DNA from: Stegostoma tigrinum
Taxonomy: Eukaryota
Assembly: GCF_030684315.1 (NCBI RefSeq)
Contig: NC_081354.1
Coordinates: forward strand, 148,262,730-148,326,729
Length of the DNA stretch: 64,000 nucleotides
Direction: 5' to 3'
Part shown: positions 39,001 through 52,315 of the stretch, one piece after another
Position numbering within the stretch: the first letter of the stretch is position 1
Layout: the number at the start of each line of letters is the position of its first letter
Made by a program: the position numbers and the translations under genes
Notes under the pieces: generated by a model
Database searches by the model: none
Told to the model about the DNA's origin: nothing
The model's input: the letters and a program-made list of their open reading frames with translations, nothing else

Positions 39001-42000
39001 ATGTGAGTGCATGGAGATATGTGATATGCATTTTTTTTCTCTCTCCTGAAGCCTTGTATTACAGTATCGTCCCATGGTGGCAATCAGGTCATCTTCTGGT
39101 ACCCTGCTCATATCACCATTCCTCGTGAATATTAGAAAGCGATTTCACTGTGACGTTTATCAGAGAAGAGTTCAACTAATATTCATGAAAGTGTATTCAC
39201 TAGAAGGAGTCACTAGATTATGCTCAGTCCTTGCTACCAGACATTCTGCACTTTTTTGAGATTAATTGTTCTGTAGGGCATTGACTGTTATGTCATCTCC
39301 CACCAGATGAAAACTGCACAGTATAGACTGACCTTCAAATGAACTTTTAAGTTATTCAGAACTCATCAATCTAATGGTCTCCCTCATCATTCCCAGGACT
39401 GTAGAGTTCAAGACAAATTATGCAGACTGAAAGATTATTCACCCTGGATATATTTCTCAGTTGAATAAAAGAACAGTTACTGATTCTGATAACAGTCAGA
39501 AAATTCACTAGTCCAAGAGCTACATTAGATAATAACTATCAGTTGTGAGAAGATTTGCTGAGAATAATCTTTAGTAAAAGAATAGTATTGGTAATGATTA
39601 AAAACTGTGAATGCTGGAAATAATAAAAAAAGATAATCTGTAGCTCAATCAGCATCTGAAAGAGAAGACTGACAACAGATCCCACATAAAACATGAGTCT
39701 ACCTTTTTTATTTTTTTGGAATTGTTGTTTGATCTCCTGAAGATCTGCAGCATTGGTTAACACCAAATCCTTTCAGAGTGTTCTCGGTTCATGAAGCTCT
39801 TCAGATTTTAAGACAACCTGCGCCAGATCCAGAGCCTTAATAGATGAGCTGCTGAGATAGCAACTTTGCCAGATGTCTGGTGGGAGATTGCCGACTGTAC
39901 CTGACTCCCAGCATCATAGTTATGTTCGATTTGTAAATGTAATCAGGTTTATTCAGCTTAAAGGCTCCATCATGGCTGCAATTATCGAATTGTCCTGTCA
40001 CTAACTCTAACTGAGACTGACAGTTTTGTTGCATTTTAATAAACAACATAATTTGCTCCCTACTTGTGGCTGATAGCTATGGTTGCTAGGTTGCATTGCA
40101 GAACATAATTTACCCAGTCAAATTTCAGATTTTGCCTTAATCTGAGATGTGTGACATTGATGCAATTGACATCAACACTTAAAAACCAGTATTGGTTTTT
40201 CAGTGTATGGTCATTGAATGATTTTGGTTCAAATGTTTATGGGTTCCACAAGAATGTTGCAAAATGCAAATTTCTGAACTCTTTGCTTTCTTTTATTGGG
40301 CACTTTCTTTGGTTGCAACAACTAGTCATTATATTTGATTATGTTGTGACATTCATGTTGCACGGCAAGGTGCAGTACACTGTAAAAGTGAAATGAATCA
40401 TTTGAAATGATTTTATGGATGACTGCATTGGACAGAGAAATCTAATGTCTGCTCAGTCATTGTTGAATTTTGATATTTAGATGTGGTGAGAAATTAGCCT
40501 TCTGCATTGTGCTTTAATTATGTATAAATTCTAGCTGCGATGCTGGCTGAAAGCCAGGAAAGGGAAACCAGATTTTGGAAAAGTTCTTTGACAGACTGCA
40601 TTTGAAACAAATCCCTAAAGTAGAGAGAACATTATGGGAAGTCCCAAACTCCCACAGGTCATCGCAGGAAACATTTGTGTACAGACTGTTACTTTTCTGA
40701 ATTTTAGGGCCAAGCTCAATATTTTGATTTGTATTAGATACAGTGTTTCCATGTAACTAGTAACAAAAACACAAAAACAAGACTTTTATTTCCTCTACAA
40801 TCAGTGAATTTTATTTTTACCTCAGCAGTTGATGTATCACAATAATTTACACTTTGTGGTATAGTTCTTGCTTGGAAACTGGAATAACGGTCTGCAAAGC
40901 GAGGTGTTCTGCTGTTTCTGCCTCACCATAAAGATTAACAACAGAATATCAGGCAAAGTATACGTTGTTTTTTAAATCACAATTAAAGCCATTTGTTAAA
41001 TGACGAGAGATATTTGAACTTCAGAAACCTCCTGTATTTCTAAGGCACTGTTAGTCATCTTAAGATGGAAGAGTCTAGGTAACCCATGTTGGCCTGACTC
41101 CCTTTCACATACTGCAGACTCTTGAATGAACTATTACATTGCTATTTCATTATCTGCCACAATATACCCAGGACACAGAAATTGCTGGAAAAGATCAGCA
41201 GTTCTGAGGAAGTGCCACTCAGCCCAAAACATAAACTCTGATTTCTCTCCACTGATGCTGCTGAGCTTTTTTAGCAATATCTATCTTTGTTTCTCATTTA
41301 CGGCATTTGCGGTTTTCTTTCGGTTTTTACCCAGATTGCAGTTCTGGAACATCAGGATGTGGAGCTAGCAGGACTGTTGCTGCAGCTTTTCAGGAAACTT
41401 GTACTGTATGCTTACAGATCTTGCAGAAAACAGCATATTTTCATCTGGAATTACGCATAAGTCTATTTTATGATGAAAATGAGATTGTTAGCATGTTTGC
41501 CTCTGTTGAGATTGAAATGTTGTTATCCTTAGTCATGATGTTAGGAGACTACACTGAGCAGGAAAAAGTGATTATTTTACTGGTCTTTTATTACACAGTT
41601 ATGTTGTTACCTATTTCTTAAAAAGGCTATTTTTATATATAAAGGTGATGCCAACCTAGCAAAGAAAGATCTGCATTTCAATAATGTTTCTCAGGACTAC
41701 CTGACAAATCAAAGAGCGTTAAAGCCAGTGAAGTATTTTTGAAGTGAAATCATTGCTGTCATGCAGTAATTATGATTACATTGTATTTCTTTTTTAAAAC
41801 ATTATTATGTTCAATGGTTATTTTATTTAATTTATAAACAAAGGGTATGTATACTATTTCAACTTGATGTTCAAACATATTTCTTATGGGAAAGGTCCTG
41901 AAAGACCTAACCAGGGCATATTGCTTTTACATTTAGTAATTTAATTCTAAAAGTTATTTCATCAAGAATTATCCAGGTATTGCACATGTACAATACAGGG

Positions 42001-42544
42001 TTTCAACCTGTATGTTTTCTTCAAAGCCAAACTGTCTCTCGGAATCTAAGTCTTGCTTTAGCATTAATCCACATTGAGTTGATTCACTTGAAGTCATGAT
42101 GTTCATGACCATAACTTTAAGTGAGGCCTTTCTGCGGTGTAACTGTTGCACTGAGGTTCTGGTGATCTGTACGGCTGTTTTCTCAATGGTTTGGCTTTGT
42201 AAAGGTAAATTTGCCAGAGTCGTGCTGGAAAAGAGGGCTGCACTCACTTGAGAGAGAGAACTGATGGTGAGTTGAACCTAAGGGTGACCGTTCCTCTCAT
42301 GCGTTTGAGATGGTGGGATCTTCATAGTGACCTCATTTGGTGGCTTTGTAGCACGTTCTGTGTCGCAGGGACTGATGTGGTATTAAATTTTAAAGTTTAT
42401 AGTGAGAATTTTGAAGTTGTTGCATTCAGTGCTTATTTTGGTAACACTCTTAAAATCTCAAAGGAATAACAGAATTGAAGAAGGAGGATTTCTGCTGTTC
42501 AATTAGTTGGCTTTCAAGTTTAAACGAATTATCTTCTGTATTAT

Positions 42545-43132
42545 AGATAACAAAGTGTGTAGCTGGATGAACACAGCAGGCCAAGCAGCATCTCAGGAGC
42601 ACAAAAGCGGACGTTTCGGGCCTAGACCCTTCATCAGAAAAGGGGGATGGGGAGAGGGTTCTGAAATAAATAGGGAGAGAGGGGGAGGCGGACCGAACAT
42701 GGATAGAGGAGAAGATAGGTGGAGAGAACAGCATAGGTGAGGAGGTGGGGAGAGGATAGGTCAGTACGGGGAGGACAGACAGGTCAAGGAGGTGGGATGA
42801 GGTTGATAGGTGGGAAATGGAAGTGCGGCTTGAGGTGGGAGGAGGGGATATGTGAGAGGAAGAACAGGTTAGGGAGGCGGGGATGAGATGGGCTGGTTTA
42901 GTGATGCAGTGGGGGAGGGGGAGATTTTGAAGCTGGTGAAGTCCACATTGATACCATTGGGCTGCAGGGTTCCCAAGCGGAATAGGAGTTGCTGTTCCTG
43001 CAACCTTTGGGTGGCATCATTGTGGCACTGCAGGAGGCCCATGATGGACATGTCATCTAAGGAATGGGAGGGGGTGTTAAATTGATTCACAACTGGGAGG
43101 TGCAGTTGTTTATTGCGAACTGAGCGGAGGTG
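42545..43132 (-). mobile_element. PLE family A copy (short terminus), ~15-bp imperfect TSD
   Basis: Minus ORF QFNTPSHSLDDMSIMGLLQCHNDATQRLQEQQLLFRLGTLQPNGIN; TATC(T/A)TCTGTATTAT at 42530-42544 and 43146-43160. Confidence 0.88.
42610..42637 (-). ncRNA. Minimal hammerhead ribozyme motif (family A, intact core)
   Basis: Reverse complement CTGATGAAGGGTCTAGGCCCGAAACGTC. Confidence 0.72.
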
Positions 43133-43499
43133 CTGTATTATTCTGTATCATCTGTATTATTGTGTCTTTAAACTCCTGAGAAAGAGGCCCATTCTTACAT
43201 TTCCTTTTTCTCTTCTGATAAATTGAATCTGATGTGAATGTTTTTTTTAATGAAAAACAGCTGAAAGCATTAATAAATTTCTTCAAATTTTTAAGTTACA
43301 AGCCAAAGAGGTAGAGATAATATTAATAAAATCAGCATTTCTTGGAAATATTCAATGTAATTTTGACCTGAATTTTACCTTAAAAAAACATGATCCACAC
43401 CAGCTTTATAACAAAATAAATCACTATACATTGACTTCCTCAAATTGTTCTGTTAGTCCAAGATTGGTCCATGAAAGGCATTTCCCATTTATGCAATTC

Positions 43500-44430
43500 C
43501 TTCCATTCTGCAAAAGACCAGTGCGCTGAAAAATAAATCCAGCGAGAAAGATCCATCCCAGGCTTACTGAGAAGGTTAAGTAGAGTAGCAAATTAGACAA
43601 GGAAATTTATGCATTTACAAAGAAAAGTAGGAAGTCTGAGGATCGTGAATGCTTTAGAAACCAGCAAAAGGCACCACCAGATTTTCGCTTTGCAAATTTA
43701 AGTAAAAGCTCTTACAGCCTGTTTTTAAGTTCCTGGTTTAGTTTACCCTCATTCGTTTTACATCCTTTCAAAGGGCTTTCACATGTTTATGAACAAAGTA
43801 AGGGAAAGCCAAAGTAAGTATTGAATCAACAGAAGTAGAGGCAAGAGAAATTATAATTGGCAAAAGGGAAGTAGCAAAGATATTGAACAAATGTTTTGGC
43901 ATGATATTCACTCCCAGGGCTGGTGCATAAGAGTTAGCAATATTCTTGGGTGTATGAACCCAACCTCTAAAAATAGTTGCCTGAACCGGTTTTTCTGTTG
44001 CGTATGGGGAGGCTAGGTTAGATGTTGCTATGGGTGACTCCAGAAGAACAGAAGACTCTTGAGTGCAGAGATGAGCAAGACTGAACACTTGCCTCAGAGG
44101 TTTGGCAGTGTGTTAAAAGTAACGAATGAACCATGAAGCACCATTCCAAGCCATGTTTAATGAAATAATTGCTGTTATTTTAGGACATAATTAGTATGGT
44201 GAATTACGTGGAGTCAGAAGATGTAGTAAACTTGGAGTTTGAAACAGCATTCAATAATTTGGTGCAGAAAGTAACACAGAAGATGAGGACACATGGAATT
44301 AATTAGAGGGACAGAAGATTGGTTAACATACATGAAGTAAAGAGGAAAGGAAACTGGGAAATTTAAATTGGTAGATTGTGGCTCATGGAGTACAACAAAA
44401 GTCAGTGCTGGGCCCTCCCCTGTTCATAAA
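43500..44430 (+). mobile_element. Old, fragmented CR1 ORF2 pieces
   Basis: Remnants of EVAKILNKCF, gatgtagtaaacttggagtttgaaacagcattcaataa (DVVYLDF.KAF-like) and GV.Q.SVLGP motifs. Confidence 0.55.
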
Positions 44431-44749
44431 GAAAGAGTGAAGTGAGGACAGGTTGAATGGGTCCATTCTTCACCCAGTCTTCACTTGACTTCAACAACTT
44501 TCTTGATAAGTTACAAATGCAGTGTTGAACTGGTTATGCACTGTTATCATAAAAGAAACAGACAGGTTTTCTTCAATATTCGAAAGAAAGTTTTTTGTTT
44601 TATTACATTTAAGTACATAATAAAAATAAAGCGACCCAACCTTAATGCACACTCTTAAAGTTCACATTAGAGCAAATTGATTGTGAGGGCTAATAAAATC
44701 ACCTTCACAGTTCCATAAAATTAAAGGGGCTTATGGCTCTTTTATCGAA

Positions 44750-45095
44750 GTTTGTAAGATAATGAGGGGTGTAGATTGAGTTAATGGTAGTTGTCTTTTC
44801 CCCTAAGATGGGGAATTTCTGGATGAGGTAACACATTCTTAAGGTGAAAGGAGAGAGATTTAAAAAGAGTTGAGGCAAATGTTTTACACAGAGGGTGGTT
44901 CAGTGTGGAGTGAACTTCCTGATGGAGTGCTGGACGTGGGTATAATTACAACATTTAAAAGATGTTTGAATCGATATATGAATAGGAAAGGTTTGGAGAG
45001 ATACGGGCCAGAAGCAGGCAGGTGGGAGTAGTTTAGTTTGGGATTATATTCGACATGGACTGATTGGACTGAAGGGTCTGTTTCTGTGCTATTTG
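44750..45095 (+). mobile_element. CR1 3' end
   Basis: ttttacacagagggtggtt...tatgaataggaaaggtttggagagatacgggcc...gaagggtctgtttctgtgct. Confidence 0.8.
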
Positions 45096-46074
45096 AATCT
45101 ACGCTATAACTTGACTGCTTCAGGCTGAAATTAGTGGTCCTCCTGCTTTTGGCATTTTAAAGCTATAGCTGGATAGTTATCTGTTTTGGAAACCCCAGCT
45201 GCTTGGCTAACTTTTTAAGTTGTTTGGACAGCATCAGGAGTGTTAAAATCAGCTGACAGGGTTCCAAGCTTACAAGTTGCTTTGAAAGGAAAGGACAGAT
45301 TTCAACCCAGGGTTTTTATTAATTCAGTACCTCATGAGCCAGGTCTGTGGATTAAATAATTACTTAAATCCACAGTGGGCTAGTTGGCTAATGACATCTC
45401 TCTCTCTGTCTCCCCATCCAAAGAGTGACTTGAATATGGTCATGTCTACTGCATTCCATTTGTCCAAGTGATTTATATCAGATGGTGTACCTGAAACCAA
45501 TTCAGTCGCCAAGTGATTGTCCCAGCCAATAGTTTGGGAGATGGCCTCCATTCATTGTGATGCAAGACAATTTTTCTTTATAGCTTTGCAAACTGGTTAT
45601 TTCCAGTTTAGTATGGAAAGAATGTAGAAATTACTGTGATCCCAAGTCATTGAGATGTGGCTTTACTCTTTTTAAAAAAACAATTAAGATTTTCCAGCTG
45701 ATAAACCAGAAATTTCTTTTTGGTATTAAATGTGGCTTCATAAGTTTGCTGAAGACTAAGAGTTGGGAGGGAATGCTAGCTGACAGGATGGCACACAGAA
45801 GTTGCTAGAAAATACACACTGGTTAAGTAAATGGGAAAAATATGACAGATGGCATATAACATGAGTTTATTCAATGGGATTATGAGAATGGAGAAGCAGA
45901 ATATTTTGTTTGGAAGCTGTGAAATTTGTAAAAAGTTGAACTTTGGAGATACTCTAATTTGCATGTGCAAGAAAACTCAAATTAGCTTGTGGGTACAACA
46001 AGCAATTAAGAAGACAAATAGTATGTTGAACCTTATTGTAAGTATTGTTCGGTGGGGGGTGGGGGGGGTGGGGA

Positions 46075-46528
46075 GAAGGCAATGGCCTCATGGTTTTATC
46101 ACGAGACTGTTAATCCAGAAACCAAGATAACATTCTAGGTTTGAATCCCACCATGGCAGATGTTGGAATTTGAATTCAGGAACAAAATTTCGAATTAAGA
46201 ATCTGTTGATGACCATGAATTCATTGCTGATTGTCAGAAAACCCCATCTGACTCACTGAAAACACTGTATGGACCTGGAAGAGCAAAGCAGGCCAGGCAG
46301 CATCAGAGGAACAGGAAGGTTGACCCTTCTTCAGACCCTTCTCCATCTGACTGACAAATGTCCTTTAGGGAAGGAAACTGCCATCCTGATCTGATCTGGC
46401 TTACACGTGACTGCAGGCCCACAGCAATGTGGCTGACTCTCAACTGCCCTCTGGCAATTATGGATGGGCAATAAATGTTGCCTAAAAGTGATGCCTGAAT
46501 CCTGTGAATGAATAAAGAAAAAAAAGTG
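46075..46528 (+). mobile_element. Deu-type tRNA-derived SINE with internal PLE family B stub (~46260-46335)
   Basis: ggtttgaatcccaccatggcag B-box region, tgtcctttagggaaggaaactgccatcc core, L2-like tail gggcaataaatg...gaatgaataaag. Confidence 0.7.
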
Positions 46529-46749
46529 TATTCGGGTACAAGAGTAAATAGGTCTTGTCATGTATGTATAAGGCTTTGATAACACAAAATCTGGAACATT
46601 GTGGACAATTTTGGTCTCCATAAGAAGGATATACTCACAGTGGAAGATTCATTAGATAGATCCTTGGATTGGGAATGTTCTCCACTAATGAGGAATAAGC
46701 TGGGGAATCCAGACCGTGGGGGCAAGTAACAGGATAAGAGATAGTCTGA

Positions 46750-47020
46750 TCTGTCAATGCTGGAGTCTGAGGTAACAAGGTATGGAGCTGGAGGAGCACA
46801 GCAGGCCAGGCAGCATCAGAGGAGAAGGAAAGGTGATGTTTCTGGTCTGGACCCTTCTTCAGAGATGGAGGAGGGGCTGGGGACTGTGAAATGAAGAGAG
46901 GGGGAGTGGAGATAGAAGGTGATTAGTGGAGTGGATAGATGGGAGAGAAGACAGACAGGTCAAGGAGATGGGGATGAGAGGGGGTGCTGATGAGGTTGGG
47001 GGTGGGGAGATTCGGAAGCT
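46750..47020 (-). mobile_element. PLE family B terminal region
   Basis: gctggaggagcacagcaggccaggcagcatcagaggag...gatgtttctggtctggacccttcttcag (decayed hammerhead on the minus strand). Confidence 0.65.
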
Positions 47021-47669
47021 AGTTTAGGATAAGGAGCTGATTGTTCAGAACTCAAGAAAAATATTTTCATTTCAAGGTTTGTGTATCTTTTTGGTTGTTT
47101 CTACATTTATGCTTATTTTACCAACTTTGTTCAGTAAAGGTAACTTTGTGCAGATTAAATGTTGGCTTATATTTTGGCAGTAATATTAGTGCTAAAATTT
47201 CATCATCAGTTCAATCTGAGTGATTCCGTGGCAAATCAGTTTCATATTGATAAACACTTGAGCACTACTTCTGACTGCATTTGGATCTTGCATGTCATGA
47301 AATACAAATCATACTATGGAAAAGCACAATTAAAAACTCTGAACAAATTTGTTTTTTATTAAGATTTTTCTTTGATAATCCTGAAAAAAGGCACATTCTG
47401 TTGAAGCTTTTTGTCTTACAGCCATCAGGACTAAGAAAGTAGACAGTAAACTATATGAGAAGAGAGTATTGATTGGTTTGCAAAGTGTTCTCTGGTTGGC
47501 AGCAGCACTTCCAAGGACAACACACTAATTAATAATGACTGACAGTTAACTGACAAGTTTTGTTTAAATTTTAAACCAGACATGTTGACTCTGAGAAATG
47601 AACAAGAGAAATGGATGTCACCTATTTTATTCAGTTGAAATAGGTACAATGTGTGTGCTATGTTGGGGA

Positions 47670-47960
47670 AGTGATGATGAAGTGATATTGTTGTTAGACA
47701 AGTAACCCAGAGACCCTTATGGTAATGCTTGTGGTACCAGGGTTCAAGTCTGACCACAGGAGATAGTGAAATTGAATTTACAATAAAATCTAGAAGGGAA
47801 AGTCTAATGATGGCCATAAAACCAGTGTCAATGATTTGTAAAAATTCAGCTGATTCACTGATCATCTTTAGTGAAGGAAATTTACTATCCTTACCTGATG
47901 TGGCCTACACATTATTCTAGATCCGCAGCAATGTGGTTGACATTTATCTGCTCTCTGAAA
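47670..47960 (+). mobile_element. Deu-type SINE
   Basis: gggttcaagtc B-box-like, tgaaattgaattt, ctgattcactgat...tttagtgaaggaaatttactatccttacc; homologous to 46075. Confidence 0.6.
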
Positions 47961-48158
47961 GTGCCCAATATCAAACCACTTAAAAAGTCTCAGGAAAGGA
48001 AGAAAACCAGTTGGGTCGCCAGGATGCGAACTAGGCGCTGGAAATGACCATGAGAAATTAGACAGCGAGCCTGTTGTCCACCTCACTAACAACTGAAGGT
48101 TAGTGCCAAAATTGGGAGAACAGCCTCAGAACTAATCAAGTGACGGCCCAAAATTGCC

Positions 48159-49642
48159 TGTAAGGTATGATTCCATGAGCATGAGTGTACTGATTACAAC
48201 AAGGTCAATCAGGTGGACTATAAACTGTACTATAAACTCACTGACTCCCACAGCTACCTGGACTACACATCCTCGCACCGTTTTTCCTGTAAAGACTCCA
48301 TCCCATTCTCTCAGTTCCTTCGTCTCCATCGCATATGTTCAGATCAGGCCAACTTCGACAAGGGAGCCTCCGAATTGTCCATGTTCTTCCTCAACTGAGG
48401 ATTCTCCAGCTCCGTTGTCAACAGGGCCCTCAATCGGGTATGACCCATCTCCCACACTTACACCCTCACCTCTTCTCTTCCCTCCTGCAATAGAGATAGG
48501 GTTCCCCTTGTCCTTACCTACCATCCCACCAGCATCCACATCCAGAAGATCATCAAGCGCCATTTCCACCACCTCCAACAGGATGCCAACACCAGGTGCA
48601 TAATGCCCTCCTCTCCATTGTCCACCTTCCACAGGGATTGTTCCCTCCTGGACACCCTGAACCACATTTTGTTCACTGCCAACCTCCCCACAGACCCACA
48701 GCACTTTCCCCTGCAACAAGTGAAGACATAATACCTGCCCATTTACCTCCTCCCTCTCCAGTATCCAAGGGCCTAAACATGCCTTCCAGGTGAAGCAACG
48801 CTTCACCTGCACTTCCCTGAATCTAGTCAATTGTATTCGCTGCTCTCATTACAGTCTCCTCTATATTGGGGAAATGAAGTGTAGACTTGGTGACAGCTTT
48901 GAAGAACATCTATATTCTGCTCACAAATAAGACCCTGAACTACTCATTGCCTGCCACTTTATGACACCACCCTGTTCCCTGGCCAACATCTCTCTCTCTC
49001 TCTGGCTTCCTGCAGTGTTCCAGCAAAGCTGTAAGAACAACACCTCATTTTCTGCTTGGGGGCCGTGCAGCCCTCCAGACTCAATATCGAGTTCAATAAT
49101 TTTAGGGCCTAAACTCTTCATGTCTCAGCCCCCCACCCCACACACCAGGCCCTTTTGTCACATAGCCTGCCGTTACATACTAACTAATGTTAGTAACTAA
49201 CCGTCCCCATCAACAACCAATCACCCTCCCAGCCTGATTGTTATCAATTCCTTTGTCTATCCAACTGTTCTCCTCTCTCTTTAGGCTCTAGCCTGTCGTT
49301 TACTCTCTACTCCACCCACCTCCCTATTTTCTGCATATAAACAGCCACTATCAGTTCTGAGGAAGGGTCACTGTTAGGAATCATTAACTCTGATTTTTTC
49401 TTAACAGATGCCACCAGATCTGCTGAGCTTTTCCGTCAACTTCTGTTTTTGGACCTCATAGAATATGAGTTCCCTGATTGGGGCTGTTAATCTGGTCCAA
49501 TCAGGGAGCCCTGGATGACAGATAACAACAGAAGTGTCAGACATCCTGATCATTATGAGGAAATTGAGTCAGTGTCAGGACTCTCCTTGTGTAAATAAAG
49601 GGTGACTTGGTGAGGAGCTGTCGCCTTTGTGGAGTTATTTCA
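48159..49642 (+). mobile_element. Solo LTR (TG...CA, ~250 bp) split by a PLE insertion
   Basis: Begins TGTAAGG, ends TTATTTCA; contains the dyad ccctgattgg/ccaatcaggg and AATAAA ~45 bp before the end; halves join through duplicated TGGAC (48214-48218, 49450-49454). Confidence 0.55.
48219..49449 (+). mobile_element. PLE 3' ~1.2 kb (post-RT domain, GIY-YIG, 3' terminus)
   Basis: YYKLTDSHSYLDYTSSHRFSCKDSIPFSQFLRLHRICSD; LVNCIRCSHYSLLYIGEMKCRLGDSFEEHL at ~48820-48910; decayed ctgaggaagggtcact hammerhead at ~49357. Confidence 0.88.
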
Positions 49643-50448
49643 AAGACGATGTCCCAGACGCCACCATCACCATTCCCGGATATGTCATGATCTACTGGTA
49701 GGACAGACCCACCAAAGGTGGCAGCACGGTGGTATATTGTCACTAGAAAGGCAGATTCAAGTTAACATTGATGCCGAACTCCATGCGATTTCAAGGTATC
49801 AGGTCAAATATGGCAAGGAAACCATTTGCTGCTTACAGTATAACTCCACTCATTCCTTGGCTGATGACTTCTAAACACAAAGTCTGGTGCTTGGAAAATA
49901 CTTAGTAATCTCTTCCACAAATGACAATGGATGCTAGATCAGCTGTACATTTTAAATCTGGGATGGTTAGGTGTTTGCTAAGCAAATGTATTAAAGGGAG
50001 GCCCAAATGGATTTAGGCCACAGATCAGCCATGATAGCATTGAATGGCATGTCAAGCAGAAGGTGGTTTTTGGGCTCTGTGTCCCATGTTCCTAACAATC
50101 AGTACTCCTCAATATTTAACACCACTTGCAGGAAGCACTGAGGGTGGCGACAGTACAGTAGCCCAGGTAGGCAATTTCCGTGTTAATGGTCAAGAGAGCC
50201 TTGGTAGTAGCACTACTGATCAAGCTAATCAGGTTCTAAAGGACTGGTTCACAATCATTCACTCCCTCCAGCACTGGTGCTCATCAACACTGCATGCTAT
50301 CAAAAAGGCACAATGGTTTACTGATGTCCTTTAGGGAAGGAAACCACAATCCTTACCTGATCTGGTCTGCATGTGACTCTGGATTCAGCAATGTACTTGA
50401 CTCTTTGGGCAATTAATGCTGGCCTCACCCTCGTCCTGTGAATGAATA

Positions 50449-51775
50449 GAAATAGAACATAGAACATTACAGCACAGTACAGGCCCTTTGGCCCTCGATG
50501 TTGTGCCAACCCGTCATACCGATCTCAAGCCCATCTAACCTACACTATTCCATGTATGTCCGTATGCTTATCCAATGACGACTTAAATGTACCCAATGTT
50601 GGCAAATCTACTACCATTGCAGGCAAAGCGTTCCATTCCCTTACTACTCTCTGAGTAAAGAAACTACCTCTGACATCGGTCCTATATCTTTCACCCCTTA
50701 ATTTTAAGCTATGCCCCCTCGTGCTCGCCGTCACCATCCTAGGAAAAAGCCTCTCCCTATCCACCCTATCTAACCCTCTGATTATTTTATATGTTTCAAT
50801 TAAGTCACCTCTCAACCTTCTTCTCTCTAATGAAAACAGCCTCAAGTCCCTCAGCCTTTCCTCGTAAGACCTTCCCTCCATACCAGGCAACATTCAAGTA
50901 AATCTCCTCTGCACCCTTTCCAAAGCTTCCACATCCTTCTTATAATGCGGTGACCAGAACTGTACGCAATACTCCAAGAGCAGCCGCACCAGAGTTTTAT
51001 ACAGCTTCATCATAAACTCGATCCCTCTATTAATAAAAGCTAAAACACTGTATGCCTTCTTAACAGCCCTGTCAAACTGGGTGGCAACTTTCAAGGATCT
51101 GTGTACATGGACACAGAGATCTCTCTACTCATCTACACTACTAAGAATCTTACCATTAGCCTAGTACTTTGCCTTCCGGTTACTCCTACCAAAGTGCATC
51201 ACCTCACACTTGTCTGCATTAAACTCCATTTGCCACCTCTCAGCCCAGCTCTGCAGCTTATCTATGTCTCTCTGCAACCTACAGCATCCTTCATCACTAT
51301 CCACAACTCCACCGACCTCAGTGTCATCTGCAAATTTACTAACCCATCCTTCTACGCCCTCATCCAGGTCATTTATAAAAATGACAAACAGCAGTGGACC
51401 CAACACCGACCCTTGCGGTACACCACTAGTAACTGGTCTCCAGGATGAACATTTCCCATCAACTACCACCTTCTTCTTTCAGCAAGCCAATTTCCGATCC
51501 AAACTGCTATATCTCCCACAATCCCATTCCTCCGCATTTTGTACAATAGCCTATTGTGGGGAACTTTATCGGACGCCTTGCTGAAATCCATATACACCAC
51601 ATCAACCGTTTACTCTCATCTACCTGTTTGGTCACCTTCTCAAAGAACTCAATAAGGATTGTGAGGCACGACCTTCCTTTCACAAAACCGAGCTGACTAT
51701 CCCTAATCAATTTATTCTTTTCTACATGATTATAAATCCTATCCCTTATAACCTTTTCCAACACTTTTCCAACAA
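50449..51775 (-). mobile_element. CR1-clade LINE, 5'-truncated, frameshifted RT
   Basis: Minus ORFs [25 protein letters not shown]...FADDTE, LEYCVQFWSP, RRRLRGDLIETYK...WNALP; tail (atagaac)n at 50449-50466. Confidence 0.95.
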
Positions 51776-51791
51776 CTTAGGCCAAACATAC

Positions 51792-52016
51792 AGCCACTGC
51801 CTGCAAGTTTCCCTTCAACCGTTCACCATTGGAACCAATTTGCTGAGTCAAAATCCTGGAACTTCCTCATAATGATATTGTAGCTTGACCTACAACAAAT
51901 GAACTGCAGTAATTCAAGAAGACAGGTCATCACCACTTTCTGTAAAACAGCTAGGGATATGCAGTAGCACTGGCATAGCCAGCCACACCCACCTTCCATG
52001 AATGAATATAAAAAAA
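51792..52016 (+). mobile_element. L2/Crack-like LINE 3' end
   Basis: cctgcaagtttccc...gtcaaaatcctggaac...ttcaagaagacag...ccatgaatgaatataaaaaa. Confidence 0.7.
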
Positions 52017-52019
52017 ATG

Positions 52020-52315
52020 CTCAGGACTGTTGAGCAAATACTGTTCAATCACAAAGTCACATATTGTTTTAGATATTGTTTTGAGTGTAGCAAGTGCATC
52101 CTTGCTGGTATGGTCGCTTCCTTGCTGGTTATGAACTACAGATGTGAAATGCTGTTTGATACGATCCATCAGTCTTTGGGACATACTGCCAACACACCAT
52201 GCATCACACCAACAGTGAAATACTTATACCACATTACTCGTCTGTGTGATAGGCAGAGTGTCTTTTCAGCTTGATAGCAGTATCTTGCTAATTGTGAACA
52301 GCACTAGCGTTACTA
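52020..52315 (-). mobile_element. GIY-YIG fragment from a further, older PLE family
   Basis: Minus strand VFHCWCDAWCVGSMSQRLMDRIKQH...CDFVIEQYLLNSPE, a decayed 'Y.F.C.CD..YVGRTSQRL..RI.QH' motif. Confidence 0.6.

Larger units (their letters stand above)
48070..49865 (+). mobile_element. L2/Crack-like LINE AP-endonuclease N-terminal fragment, split by a solo LTR
   Basis: LVPKLGE before 48159 and DDVPDATITIPGYV....DRPTKGGSTVVY after 49642 form a contiguous APE N-terminus. Confidence 0.65.
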
